Below, one piece after another: positions 1-13,900 of a DNA stretch of 64,000 nucleotides. Made by a program: the position numbers and the translations under genes. Position 1 is the stretch's first letter. Every line of letters begins with the position of its first letter. The notes under the pieces were generated by a model. That model was not told the DNA's origin. It saw only the letters and a list, made by a program, of their open reading frames with translations, and did not search any database. The stretch comes from Ranitomeya imitator (lineage: Eukaryota): positions 5,766,001 through 5,830,000 of the forward strand of contig NC_091289.1 in NCBI RefSeq assembly GCF_032444005.1. Direction: 5' to 3'.

Positions 1-865
1 GGTGGCTGCAGACAGGATCTTATCATGTATCTCTGTATACAGGGAGCTCCCCCTAGTGGTGGCTGCAGACAGGATCTTATCATGTATCTCTATATACAAG
101 GAGCTCCCCCTAGTGGTGACTGCAGACAGGATCTTATCATGTATCTCTGTATCCAGGGAGCTCCCCCTAGTGGTGACTGCAGACAGGATCTTATGTATCT
201 CTGTATCCAGGGAGCTCCCCCTAGTGGTGACTGCAGACAGGATCTTATGTATCTCTGTATCCAGGGAGCTCCCCCCTAGTGGTGACTGCAGACAGGATCT
301 TATCATGTATCTCTGTATACAGGGAGCTCCCCCTAGTGGTGACTGCAGACAGGATCTTATCATGTATCTCTGTATACAGGGAGCTCCCCCTAGTGGTGAC
401 TGCAGACAGGATCTTATCATGTATCTCTGTATACAGGGAGCTCCCCCTAGTGGTGGCTGCAGACAGAATCTTATCATGTATCTCTGTATACAGGGAGCTC
501 CCCCTAGTGGTGGCTGCAGACAGAATCTTATCATGTATCTCTGTATACAGGGAGCTCCCCCTAGTGGTGGCTGCAGACAGGATCTTATCATGTATCTCTG
601 TATACAGGGAGCTCCCCCTAGTGGTGGCTGCAGACAGGATCTTATCATGTATCTCTGTATACAGGGAGCTCCCCCTAGTGGTGGCTGTAGACAGGATCTT
701 TTCATGTATCTCTGTATACAGGGAGCTCCCCCTAGTGGTGGCTGTAGACAGGATCTTTTCATGTATCTCTGTATACAGGGAGCTCCTCCTAGTGGTGGCT
801 GCAGACAGAATCTTATCATGTATCTCTGTATACAGGGAGCTCCCCCTAGTGGTGGCTGCAGACAG
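1..865. repeat. 57-bp satellite, array 1 (about 15 copies, truncated by the window edge)
   Basis: Unit CAGGGAGCTCCCCCTAGTGGTGGCTGCAGACAGGATCTTATCATGTATCTCTGTATA. Confidence 0.97.
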
Positions 866-1062
866 TTAAGTCATGTACATATAACATTGGCTTAGCCCGT
901 ATATAATGATGCATTTGACGCCCTCCGTTTATTTTCCTGCCCTTTGATCTTACTTCCACGTCAATTTTCTTGCTTTTCTGGGGCTGAGTCCGGACGTCAT
1001 GTAACAAGTAATCGCCCACCAGACAACGACAAGTCGGCAGCTGATTAAAAAACAAGGTACTT

Positions 1063-1068
1063 TTTATT
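1063..1068 (-). terminator. Probable twf2 polyadenylation signal (AATAAA)
   Basis: TTTATT on the + strand about 740 nt past the stop codon; a second copy lies near 928-933. Confidence 0.55.
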
Positions 1069-1809
1069 TGTTTTTCTATAGAAAATACAGAGCTAAGAGT
1101 GAATCTGTCTGATTTGTACGGTCGGCTCTAATTTCTGGAATGTAAACCACCCCCAAGAGAAGAAAATAAAACGTAACGACCCGGGATGACGTCGGCAGCG
1201 CTGAACGATCTGGCACTTTAGCTCATGCGTCTCATGTGACCTCGTCGGAGCCACATTTACACGTTTTTTTTCCTTGGGAAGAGCCCGCAATCCCTAAATG
1301 CAGCATGCGGCCGGCCCCTCCCCCGCAGCGATCGTTTCGAGCTGATCTCACAGGATGCGACGCTGGACGTCTGCCACCCAAATCCAAAAGTAAACAAATA
1401 ATAATGGCACCGGCAAGTAGCGTAAAATCAAGGATGGCGCCACTTCTCCTCCTGCCGCTCCACTGTATCCAGAGAACAATAACGGAGACGGCGGCGGCGA
1501 GTCACGTGACTTATCCCGACCCGAGCCAACAGGAGGGAGGGCATAAAAATGTGCGAGGGAAGATCTTCAGCAAATCCGACATCATTCAGGCACAGACAAA
1601 AGCAAAAAAGAGGAAAAGGCGACCAGGAACGTGTCCGTGTAGGAAGCCATGATGACCAGAGGAGGCGCAGCAGAGATTCCAGAGACCCCCGCGCCGGATC
1701 CACACCATCCTGGGCAGGGAAAGCAAAATGTAGGCCGAGGTCTCAGCCCGTCCCAAGGGCCCGGTCTGGGCGCTCTTCTCTCAGGCCGTACTTGGCAGCG
1801 AGTCAGGCT

Positions 1810-1977
1810 CTAACTGTCCTCGCCGTTCTCGCCAGGACCCTTAATCAGCCGCTTCTGTCCTCGTTTCCCCGCAGGTCCTTTGGGTTTGGCAAAAGCTTGT
1901 TTGAAGGCGTGCTGCTTGGGGTGCACCTCGTCATAGAGAAACTCGGGGGTCAGCTCCGCACCGTCCTCTATTTCAAT
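1810..1977 (-). CDS. twf2: twf2 exon 9 ([10 protein letters not shown]...GENGEDS*), includes the C-terminal capping-protein-binding tail
   Basis: 168 nt, CAG acceptor, TAG stop at 1810-1812. Confidence 0.96.
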   Translation of the reverse strand: MEIEDGAELTPEFLYDEVHPKQHAFKQAFAKPKGPAGKRGQKRLIKGPGENGEDS

Positions 1978-4900
1978 CTGGAGGACAACAACAGATGGGG
2001 GTGAGCACAGCACGCCATGACGCAGGTGGCGACTAAAGGAGCGCTGCGCCGGCACCCAAAGGAGCGCTGCGCCGGCACCCAAAGGAGCGCTGCGCCGGCA
2101 CCCAAAGGAGCGCTGCCCCGGCACCCAAAGGAGCGCTGCCCCGGCACCCAAAGGAGCGCTGCCCCGGCACCCAAAGGAGCGCTGCCCCGGCACCCAAAGG
2201 AGCGCTGCCCCGGCACCCAAAGGAGCGCTGCCCCGGCACCCAAAGGAGCGCTGCCCCGGCACCCAAAGGAGCGCTGCCCCGGCACCCAAAGGAGCGCTGC
2301 CCCGGCACCCAAAGGAGCGCTGCCCCGGCACCAAAAGGAGCGCTGCCCCGGCACCAAAAGGAGCGCTGCTCCGGCACCAAAAGGAGCGCTGCTCCGGCAC
2401 CAAAAGGAGCGCTGCTCCGGCACCAAAAGGAGCGCTGCTCCGGCACCAAAAGGAGCGCTGCTCCGGCACCAAAAGGAGCGCTGCTCCGACTATGTAAAGA
2501 CGGTGATAAGTGCCATAAGCTTCTATAATTCTCACCATTCTCAAGATCTCTGCTTGCTGTGACGACATTGAGGCTAAAACAGCTTCTTGGCCTAATAAGT
2601 CTCACAGCTGAGGGTTTGCTACAATTGTAACCAGTCTTTACAATCAATACACAATGTATCCGGCTCATCAGCTCACAGGGGACTTTCCAGACTGGATACA
2701 GGTGTAACAAACTCTCTGCTGTGAGAATTAGGGAATGTGTCCACATTCAGATGTTACAGCATAGTGGAGGGGATTTTATGAAATCCTGTCTGCACTATGC
2801 GGAACACGCACCCGGCGGCCCTGCGTTTACAGACATGCGGCGCGGCCTTTTAGATCGCAGCATGTCTGTTTACCTTGCAGCGAAGCACCGTCACCACAAG
2901 GTAAATCACAGGGTCCTATGTGTGGGGTGCGGAGATTCCGGATGTGTGCAATGAACACATCCGGAATCACCGCGCGTACAGAAGGGGGTGGCGCTTTTGG
3001 CAGAGCGGGTTTTCCGCTCCGTCCACAGCGCCGTCATTACGGACCGTGGACACGCACCCTTAAAGAAGCTTTATTGACTTATCAGCCTCTGGATGAAAAC
3101 AAGGTTTCCATTCATTTCCAGCAAGCAGATATCCGATCATAAAACCAGTAGAAGCTGAAATACAGCTTTATTTACAGGAACCTGGAGTCCCCCTTTATAG
3201 AGAATGTCCCTCTATGAACGAAAAGGAAATTCAGAAATCAAAAATTATAGCTGTCTGCTCCTAGGAAAGTTGGGTGCCACCAAATAGAACTGCAATAATG
3301 GATCCAGCATGGTCGTCACTCAACTCAATGTGATCGCTGCAGAACAGGAGTTACCTTTTTTGCAATTTCAAGCTGAAAATCCTGCTCCACAGATTCCAGA
3401 AGTCGGTTCTTACAGCTGGAGTACAACATGCGCTCCTTTATACTGCACTTATAGCCCGGCATGGAGTAAATAAAAACTGGAAGAGAGAAGAGGGAATAAT
3501 GAAAACATGCAAGAAAGTAAAAAGGAAACTTTTGCAGCATTGGAAAGAGTAAAATTATATTATTCTGCCTGAGGCCACCACTAGGGGGAGCTCCCTGTAT
3601 ACAGAGATACACGATAAGATCCTGTCTGCGGCCACCACTAGGGGGAGCTCCCTGTATACAGAGATACATGATAAGATCCTGTCTGCAGTCACCACTAGGG
3701 GGAGCTCCCTGTATACAGAGATACATAAGATTCTGTCTGCAGTCACCACTAGGGGGAGCTCCCTGTATACAGAGATACATGATAAGATTCTGTCTGCAGT
3801 CACCACTAGGGGGAGCTCCCTGTATACAGAGATACATGATAAGATCCTGTCTGCAGCCACCACTAGGGGGAGCTCCCTGTATACAGAGATACATGATAAG
3901 ATCCTGTCTGCAGCCACCACTAGGGGGAGCTCCCTGTATACAGAGATACATGATAAGATCCTGTCTGCAGCCACCACTAGGGGGAGCTCCCTGTATACAG
4001 AGATACATGATAAGATCCTGTCTGCAGTCACCACTAGGGGGAGCTCCCTGTATACAGAGATACATGATAAGATCCTGTCTGCAGCCACCACTAGGGGGAG
4101 TTCCCTGTATACAGAGATACATGATAAGATCCTGTCTGCAGCCACCACTAGGGGGAGCTCCCTGTATACAGAGATACATGATAAGATCCTGTCTGCAGCC
4201 ACCACTAGGGGGAGCTCCCTGTATATAGAGATACATGATAAGATCCTGTCTGCAGCCACCACTAGGGGGAGCTCCCTGTATATAGAGATACATGATAAGA
4301 TCCTGTCTGCAGACACCACTAGGGGGAGCTCCCTGTATACAGAGATACATGATAAGATCCTGTCTGCAGCCACCACTAGGGGGAGCTCCCTGTATACAGA
4401 GATACATGATAAGATCCTGTCTGCAGCCACCACTAGGGGGAGCTCCCTGTATACAGAGATACATGATAAGATCCTGTCTGCAGCCACCACTAGGGGGAGC
4501 TCCCTGTATACAGAGATACATGATAAGATCCTGTCTGCAGCCACCACTAGGGGGAGCTCCCTGTATACAGAGATACATGATAAGATCCTGTCTGCAGCCA
4601 CCACCAGGGGGAGTCATCGCTCACCTACAGACTCCAGGTAATCCCCCTCATGGGAGTGTTTATACAGGAAGAGGTGGTAGCGTGCGGTGTCCTTGGGGAT
4701 CCGCGCCGGCAGCTCCTGGATGTCCGTGTGCTTCGTATGGACCAGATCGATGGTCTCCTTTTCTTGATCTAGTTTCTAACAGATGAGAGAAGAGATGTGA
4801 TGTCGGTGACTGATGCCGACGACTATAACTCACATCCACAATATCTGATTTCTCCACATTGTGAGACTTTCTGATTTGTTACATTGTGGCTTCTACATTG

Positions 4901-7900
4901 TAACAAGCTGCAGCTGTTATCTCCATGACAACGATTGTCCCACACTACAGCACAGGTGTCAGGCTCCACCCATTTATAGGACTTTCCTTTCCATGTATAG
5001 GGGTCAGATACTAAGCATTGCCCAGGGTGGGGATATACCGGGCGGTGGTCTTCACCCCATGTGACTGGCGGCAGCGAGTCATCGTCACCCGATTAGTCAC
5101 ATGAGATGTTTGTCACATTTACCTCTTAACCCCTTAGTGACCGGGTCAACTTTTACAATTCTGACCACTGTCACTTTACGTTATAGCTCAGGAACGCTTC
5201 AACGCTTCCCACTGATTCTGAGACTAAAAACTTTTTTTTAGGGACCACCTCACATTTGAAGTGAGCGTGGGGGTCAATATGACAGAAAATATCTTAAAGT
5301 GACTCCATTCTAAAAACTGCCCCCCTCAAGGTGCAAAACCACAGTTAAGAAGTTTATTAACCCTTCAGGTGCTTCACGAGAACTAAAGAAATGTGGAACG
5401 AAAAGATGAACATTTTACTTTTTTCCACAAAAAATTTACTTTGGGACCAAATTATTTTTAACTTTCACAAGGAAATGAGGAGAAAATGGACCCTAAAATG
5501 TGTTTCTCCTGAGTGCGCCAATATCCCCTATGTGGGGGAAAGCCACTGTTTGGGTGCATGGCAGGGCTCAGAAGGGACAGAGCACCGTTTGGCTTTTTGA
5601 ACGAAAAATTTGTTGGATTCAATGGTGGGAGCCATGTTGTGTTTCGAGACCCCCTGATGTACCTAAACAGTGGAAATACACAGTTATAACTCCAACCCTA
5701 ACCCCAACACACCCCTAACCCTAATCCCAACCCCAACCATAATACGTCCCCAACCCCAACCTTAGCCCCAACCCCAACCTTAGCCCCAACCCCAACACAC
5801 CCCCAACTCTAACCCCAACACACCCCCAACCCTAATCCCAACCTTAGCCCCAGCCCCAACCTTAGCCCCAGCCTTAGCCCCAGCCCCAACCTTAGCCCCA
5901 GCCCCAACCTTAGCCCCAGCCCCAACCTTAGCCCCAGCCCCAACCTTAGCCCCAGCCTTAGCCCCAACCCTAGCCCCAGCCCCAACCTTAGCCCCAGCCC
6001 CAACCTTAGCCCCAGCCCCAACCTTAGCCCCAGCCCCAACCTTAGCCCCAGCCCCAACCTTAGCCCCAGCCCCAACCTTAGCCCCAGCCCCAACCTTAGC
6101 CCCAGCCCCAACCTTAGCCCCAGCCCCAACCTTAGCCCCAGCCCCAACCTTAGCCCCAGCCCCAACCTAAGCCCCAGCCCCAACCTTAGCCCCAGCCCCA
6201 ACCTTAGCCCCAGCCCCAACCTTAGCCCCAGCCCCAACCTTAGCCCCAGCCCCAACCTTAGCCCCAGCCCCAACCTTAGCCCCAGCCCCAACCTTAGCCC
6301 CAGCCCCAACCTAAGCCCCAGCCCCAACCTTAGCCCCAGCCCCAACCTTAGCCCCAGCCCCAACCTTAGCCCCAGCCCCAACCTTAGCCCCAGCCCCAAC
6401 CTTAGCCCCAGCCCCAACCTTAGCCCCAGCCCCAACCTTAGCCCCAGCCCCAACCTTAGCCCCAGCCCCAACCTTAGCCCCAGCCCCAACCTTAGCCCCA
6501 GCCCCAACCTTAGCCCCAGCCCCAACCTTAGCCCCAGCCCCAACCTTGGCCCCAACCCCAACCTTGGCCCCAACCCCAACCTTAGCCCCAACCCCAACCT
6601 TAGCCCCAACCCCAACCTTAGCCCCAACCTTAGCCCCAACCCCAACCTTAGCCCCAACCCCAACCTTAGCCCCAACCCCAACCATAATACGCCCCTAACC
6701 ACAACCCTAACCTTAGCCCCAACCCTAACCATAATACGCCCCTAACCACAACCCTAACCTTAGCCCCAACCCTAACCCTAGCCCAACCCTAACCCCAACA
6801 CACCCCTAACCCTAAACCCAACCTTAGCCCCAGCCCTAACCTTAGCCCCAGCCCTAACCTTAGCCCCAGCCCTAACCTTAGCCCCAACCCTAACCTTAGC
6901 CCCAACCCTAACCTTAGCCCCAACCCTAACCTTAGCCCCAACCCTAACCTTAGCCCCAACCCTAACCTTAGCCCCAACCCTAACCTTAGCCCCAACCCTA
7001 ACCTTAGCCCCAACCCTAACCTTAGCCCCAACCCTAACCTTAGCCCCAACCCTAACCTTAGCCCCAACCCCAACCTTAGCCCCAACCCCAACCTTAGCCC
7101 CATATATTTTTTTTAATTTTATTATTCTTACCTAACTAAGGGGGTGATTGATAAAGGGGGGTTTGATTTACTATAAACGTATTTCTCAGCACCGTTTAAG
7201 TGCGTATCGGAGGTCGTTAAGGGGTTAAAAAAACAGCCCAGAGAGCCTCCAGTGTAGCACTGGTGACTATTGGGGTCTGATCCATGATTTGCCCTTCAAT
7301 CAGTACAATGAGCAGAGACTAAGTTTCCTGTAATGTGTATTGCCGCCTTATTGGATGCTTTACACTGCAGCTCTGCTCTATTAGTACCTGCCTCATCATA
7401 CAGACTGCTGCTCCCCGCAGCCTCCTCTCGCTTTATACCGCAGCTCTGCTCTAATAGTACCTGCCTCATCAGATACAGACTGCTGCTCCCCGCAGCCTCC
7501 TCTCGCCTTACACTGCAGCTCTGCTCTATTAGTACCTGCCTCATCAGATACAGACTGCTGCTCCCCGCAGCCTCCTCTCGCTTTACACTGCAGCTCTGCT
7601 CTATTAGTACCTGCCTCATCAGATACAGACTGCTGCTCCCCGCAGCCTCCTCTTGCTTTACACTGCAGCTCTGCTCTATTAGTACCTGCCTCATCAGATA
7701 CAGACTGCTGCTCCCCGCAGCCTCCTCTTCCTTTACACTGCAGCTCTGCTCTATTAGTACCTGCCTCATCAGATACAGACTGCTGCTCCCCGCAGCCTCC
7801 TCTCGCTTTACACTGCAGCTCTGCTCTATTAGTACCTGCCTCATCAGATACAGACTGCTGCTCCCAGCAGCCTCCTCTCGCTTTACATAGCAGCTCTGCT

Positions 7901-10900
7901 CTATTAGTACCTGCCTCATCAGATACAGACTGGTGCTCTCCGCAGCCTCCTCTTGCTTTACACTGCAGCTCTGCTCTATTAGTTCCTGCCTCATCAGATA
8001 CAGACTGCTGCTCCCCGCAGCCTCCTCTCGCTTTACACTGCAGCTCTGCTCTATTAGTACCTGCCTCATCATACAGACTGCTGCTCCCCGCAGCCTCCTC
8101 TCGCTTTAGACTGCAGCTCTGCTCTATTAGTACCTGCCTCATCAGATACAGACTGCTGCTCTCCGCAGCCTCCTCTCGCTTTACACTGCAGCTCTGCTCT
8201 ATTAGTACCTGCCTCATCATACAGACTGCTGCTCCCCGCAGCCTCCTCTCGCTTTACACTGCAGCTCTGCTCTATTAGTACCTGCCTCATCAGATACAGA
8301 CTGCTGCTCCCCGCAGCCTCCTCTCGCTTTACACTGCAGCTCTGCTCTATTAGTTCCTGCCTCATCAGATACAGACTGCTGCTCCCCGCAGCCTCCTCTC
8401 GCTTTACACTGCAGCTCTGCTCTATTAGTACCTGCCTCATCATACAGACTGCTGCTCCCCGCAGCCTCCTCTTGCTTTACACTGCAGCTCTGCTCTATTA
8501 GTACCTGCCTCATCAGATACAGACTGCTGCTCCCCGCAGCCTCCTCTCGCTTTACACTGCAGCTCTGCTCTATTAGTTCCTGCCTCATCAGATACAGACT
8601 GCTGCTCCCCGCAGCCTCCTCTCGCTTTACACTGCAGCTCTACTCTATTAGTACCTGCCTCATCAGATACAGACTGCTGCTCCCCGCAGCCTCCTCTCGC
8701 TTTACACTGCAGCTCTACTCTATTAGTACCTGCCTCATCAGATACAGACTGCTGCTCCCCGCAGCCTCCTCTCGCTTTACACTGCAGCTCTGCTCTATTA
8801 GTACCGGCCTCATCAGATACAGACTGCTGCTCCCCGCAGCCTCCTCTCGCTTTACACTGCAGCTCTGCTCTATTAGTACCTGCCTCATCAGATACAGACT
8901 GGTGCTCTCCGCAGCCTCCTCTTGCTTTACACTGCAGCTCTGCTCTATTAGTACCGGCCTCATCAGATACAGACTGCTGCTCCCCGCAGCCTCCTCTCGC
9001 TTTACACTGCAGCTCTGCTCTATTAGTACCTGCCTCATCAGATACAGACTGCTGCTCCCCGCAGCCTCCTCTCGCTTTACACTGCAGCTCTGCTCTATTA
9101 GTACCTGCCTCATCAGATACAGACTGCTGCTCCCCGCAGCCTCCTCTCGCTTTATATTGCAGCTCTGCTCTATTAGTACCGGCCTCATCAGATACAGACT
9201 GCTGCTCCCCGCAGCCTCCTCTCGCTTTATACTGCAGCTCTGCTCTATTAGTACCGGCCTCATCAGATACAGACTGCTGCTCCCCGCAGCCTCCTCTCGC
9301 TTTACACTGCAGCTCTGCTCTATTAGTACCGGCCTCATCACATACAGACTGCTGCTCCCCGCAGCCTCCTCTCGCTTTATACTGCAGCTCTGCTCTATTA
9401 GTTCCTGCCTCATCAGATACAGACTGCTACTCCCCGCAGCCTCCTCTCGCTTTACACTGCAGCTCTGCTCTATTAGTACCTGCCTCATCAGATACAGGCT
9501 GCTGCTCCCCGCAGCCTCCTCTCGCTTTATACTGCAGCTCTGCTCTATTAGTTCCTGCCTCATCAGATACAGACTGCTACTCCCCGCAGCCTCCTCTCGC
9601 TTTACACTGCGGCGCTGCTCACTTACAGTGGTTTATATATACTGGCACCGACAGCCCCTTTATGTAGTTCTGCTCCGGTGGTCTTACACCTGCTGTCCAA
9701 GTACAACTCCTAGCACACCCTGGAAGTCAAAGGATGCCAGAGCATGCTGGGAGTTGTAGTTTCACAGAGAATCATGGCCTGTACTGTACAATGCTGATGA
9801 CCTAAGAACAACCACTCCTAACATTCATGTGCATGATGAGTGTCCGCCACCTACCAGCTGGATGTAGTTGATCTTCCTCTGCTTCAGGAGCTGAACGGCC
9901 TCCACGGCCTCCGGCCTCAGAGGGAAGGACAATCCCTGCAGCGTCTGCTGCTTACTCTCCACGCTGATCTCAGTCTTCACCTGCAGAGGAGCAGAGGTGA
10001 TTATAGAAGTGTGATGTGGCCCGGAGACCCCCAGTCACGTCCTCGCCCACCTCATTGATCTTGATCTCCCGCAGCTCCCTCTCGGCGGCGGTGAGCGGCG
10101 CGGGGGCAGCACAGGACGACACGTGTCTCTGGTATCCGCTGAGCGTGATGTCTTCCTACCACACAAAGACACAATGAGAACGGCCCCCCATGTAGATCCC
10201 ACCATCCAATAGTCCGGAATGGCGGACGGTGGGACTAGTCCTGTATGTGACCCGAGCCGCCCGGCCCTCTTTGGATTCTGACCTTTATGGTGCCAAACAG
10301 TTCGTCCTTTATGTGTCCGCCGCCGAACTCTTTCTTCACGGTCGCCCTGGTGGCCGCGTACAACATCTTCAGCCGCACCTGTCAGCGGAGGACAGAGGAC
10401 TCCGTTATATCGGAAGGGCACGACCCCTGAACACCGCGCCGGTCATTACCCAGAATCCCCCATGTGACGCACCTCCACAAAGGTCACATCCCAGAGTCGA
10501 AAAACTCCAAACGTTTACAACAGCATGAAACTTTCCATGTCTCTGCTTGCTGTCAGTGAATGCACCTTCCCCGCACTGATACATTGTAACACGCTGACAG
10601 CAGAGACTGATGCTCCGCCACATTCGCACCAGCACATTTTAACCCTCTGTTCTCCACTGTCTATAAAGCTTCACTGTCGCATCATGAAATGTTTTTCAAC
10701 TTTATAATTGACTTTGTGCTTTAATTTATCTCCCTTCTTTAAGATCTGTGCTTGCTGTCAGTGACTGGAAAGTTCTAATATCTACAGTCAGAGGTGGAAC
10801 AGTCGTCCTGACCTCGGCCTGCTTATAGAGCGGCTTGTTACAATGTGTCCAGACTATACAATCCTCAGATCTTTCCTGTGATGACTGTTTGTTACAATGT

Positions 10901-13900
10901 ATCAGTGCAGGTAATAATGTATCAGGCTGTTCAGCTCACAGAGTCTACAAGTGTAACGAACCCTCAGCAGTGACAAGTACTAGGTGCCCATGCCTCTCCA
11001 TGGATGTATATGACAGGCGGCAGCTTCAGATACAGAGGGTCTACCTGTGACCGGGGGTCTTACCGGCGAGTGATCAGGAGACCATGACAGGAAGAGCCAC
11101 TCGTAGCCCTGTGCGTTCTGGCTGTCCAGGCGGTACAGGACGTAACACGGCTGAACGTCGTCCAGGAGCGGGAGGATGAGGGCGTCATAGTCATGGTCCC
11201 AGCTCTTCCGCAGCTCCTTGTGCGCCCCTAGAACGAGCTGCTCTGCAGGAGGGAAGAAGAAACGACACATTGTAACAAACCATCCAGGTACAACTACGTG
11301 ATCAGGACCGCCGCTCAGCCTCTGGAGGTGAACAAGGAATCTTTCTATTCACTGACAACAAGCAAGAATCTGGAGAACAATGGCGAAGAGAAACAAAGCG
11401 AAAAAAAAAAAAAGTTTAAAACTGGACACTGGCCCTTTAATAATCACTCACTACCTCCCGAGCACATGATGACCCCAACATGTCCATCGCTGGCAGGCTT
11501 CTAACCAGCCCTGGTGGTCGCGTGTCCCGGCACGAGGTGTTTAGCTGGCAGCTATTCTGAGCGCAGCATTCCTCGCCGCCAGGCGCGCACTTTCCATGAC
11601 ATCTGCAGGGCTCCTCCCAGGTGACCAGACGTGGAGGACAAAGGGTTAAACGGGAAAAAGGTCATTGGCCGCCTCTGCTGCCACAGGCAGATGACGCCAG
11701 CGACATGTTATCTCTTAGTACATTATGCCTAAATGGGGATTCGGGGGTTAATGAGTCATCTTAAAGGGCCAGCGTCCAGTCTCTCAACCAGAGAGCGTCT
11801 TCACTGTATCCTAAAACGCTCTGCTATGTCCTGATTGGCGTTTTGTTTTCATTCGTCAGTCTTCTTAAGATCTCTGTTTGCTGTCAGTGAGTCCAGATTC
11901 AACATTTACATGCAGAGTTGGAGACTTCGGCGCTGTTACAATGTTTGTCATAATTTACCAGCTCTGATACATTGTATCTAGCCATTTACCTGGAGGAGGA
12001 CGGCGCAGCCAGGATACAATTGTAACAAACCCTCAGATGGGACAGATGATGATCTTGTAAGCAAAATTAATATCGCTATTCACTGACAGCAAGCACAAAA
12101 CTTGAAAGTGGTAAAGCTGAAAGAACGATGCAGAACTTTTCATACATGAATTACAGCTACACCTCAACGAAAGCAGAAACCGCACCGCGAGACGGGCCGG
12201 AAGATACTGTATCCACTCCAAGAAAGCCCACCAGTCCTGACACTTCCACCGAGGACGGCGCCCGGTGTTCACCCAGAGGGGCTGTCGCCGAGGCTGTCAC
12301 CCAGAGGGGCCGTCGCCGAGGCTGTCACCCAGAGGGGCCGTCGCCGAGGCTGTCACCCAGAGGGGCCGTCACCAAGGTTGTCACCCAGAGGGGCCGTCGC
12401 CAAGGCTGTCACCCAGAGGGGCCGTCGCCAAGGCTGTCACCCAGAGGGGCCGTCGCCAAGGCTGTCACCCAGAGGGGCCGTCGCCAAGGCTGTCACCCAG
12501 AGGGGCCGTCGCCAAGGCTGTCACCCAGAGGGGCCGTCGCCAAGGCTGTCACCCAGAGGGGCCGTCGCCAAGGCTGTCACCCAGAGGGGCCGTCGCCAAG
12601 GCTGTCACCCAGAGGGGCCGTCGCCAAGGCTGTCACCCAGAGGGGCCGTCGCCAAGGCTGTCACCCAGAGGAGCCGTCGCCGAGGCTGTCACCCAGAGGG
12701 GCCGTCGCCTAGGCTGTCACCCAGAGGGGCCGTCGCCGAGGCTGTCACCCAGAGGAGCCGTCGCCGAGGCTGTCACCCAGAGGGGCCGTCGCCTAGGCTG
12801 TCACCCAGAGGGGCCGTCGCCAAGGCTGTCACCCAGAGGGGCCGTCGCCGAGGCTGTCACCCAGAGGGGCCGTCGCCGAGGCTGTCAACCAGAGGGGCCG
12901 TCGCCGAGGCTGTCACCCAGAGGGGCCGTCGCCGAGGCTGTCAACCAGAGGAGCCGTCGCCGAGGCTGTCACCCAGAGGGGCCGTCGCCTAGGCTGTCAC
13001 CCAGAGGGGCCGTCCCAAGGCTGTCACCCAGAGGGGCCGTCGCCGAGGCTGTCACCCAGAGGGGCCGTCGCTGAGGCTGTCAACCAGAGGGGCCGTCGCC
13101 GAGGCTGTCAACCAGAGGGGCCGTCGCCGAGGCTGTCAACCAGAGGGGCCGTCGCCAAGGCTGTCACCCAGAGGGGCCGTCGCCGAGGCTGTCACCCAGA
13201 GGGGCCGTCGCCCAGCTTTCCAAAAGGCTGAATGGGAGTGAATTTACCACCTTAACTAATGGCCAAATAAGGGCGTCCATGAAAACAAGGTGACAAACTT
13301 TGGGGTACGATGACATTGACACCACGGGGACTATCAGGACTTATAAGCCTCCCACCCTCCCTGTGGCCCCCGGGGACTCACCATCTTCGATGACCACTTT
13401 GATCAGCCGGATGGATCCATTTCGAGCTTTTGCGAAGAAATCCTTCAGTTCCGGAGTAGCTACAAGAACCAAGAACATACCGGTGAGTCAGTGAGAGAAA
13501 GCGGGCGAGGGCTGCGCGCGAGGAGAGGGCTGCGGGACGTCTGTCTGGGATCAGCTACAGATGGGCAACAGCAGCACATGAGCTGAACCTGATCCCTGGC
13601 TGCGTCACCTCCCAAATATAGCCGAGGGCACTAGAGGGGGCGGCCGGCTGCTTAATACCAGGGGGATAAACACGGGGTCTTATGTACATAGAAACGTCTT
13701 TGTGGAGTCACCGGGGGCAGAGGGTGATGCCCATTGGTGCTCTACAGATGGAGTTTCCGCATCTTCCATGATTGATGGTCGGGCGGAATCAGCGTCTCCA
13801 GGAAACTCAGTGTAAGCAAATGCAGAAGGTGACCCCGAACCTGCACCACCGGGAGACTGCATGGCAGTAGTGATGTCACCGCATACAATGGGTTCTCTTG

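Noticed and set aside
5690-7100. True telomere or chromosome-fusion scar
   Set aside because: The repeats are mostly variant hexamers in one orientation, with no head-to-head junction, and they are enclosed by TIRs and TTAA duplications.
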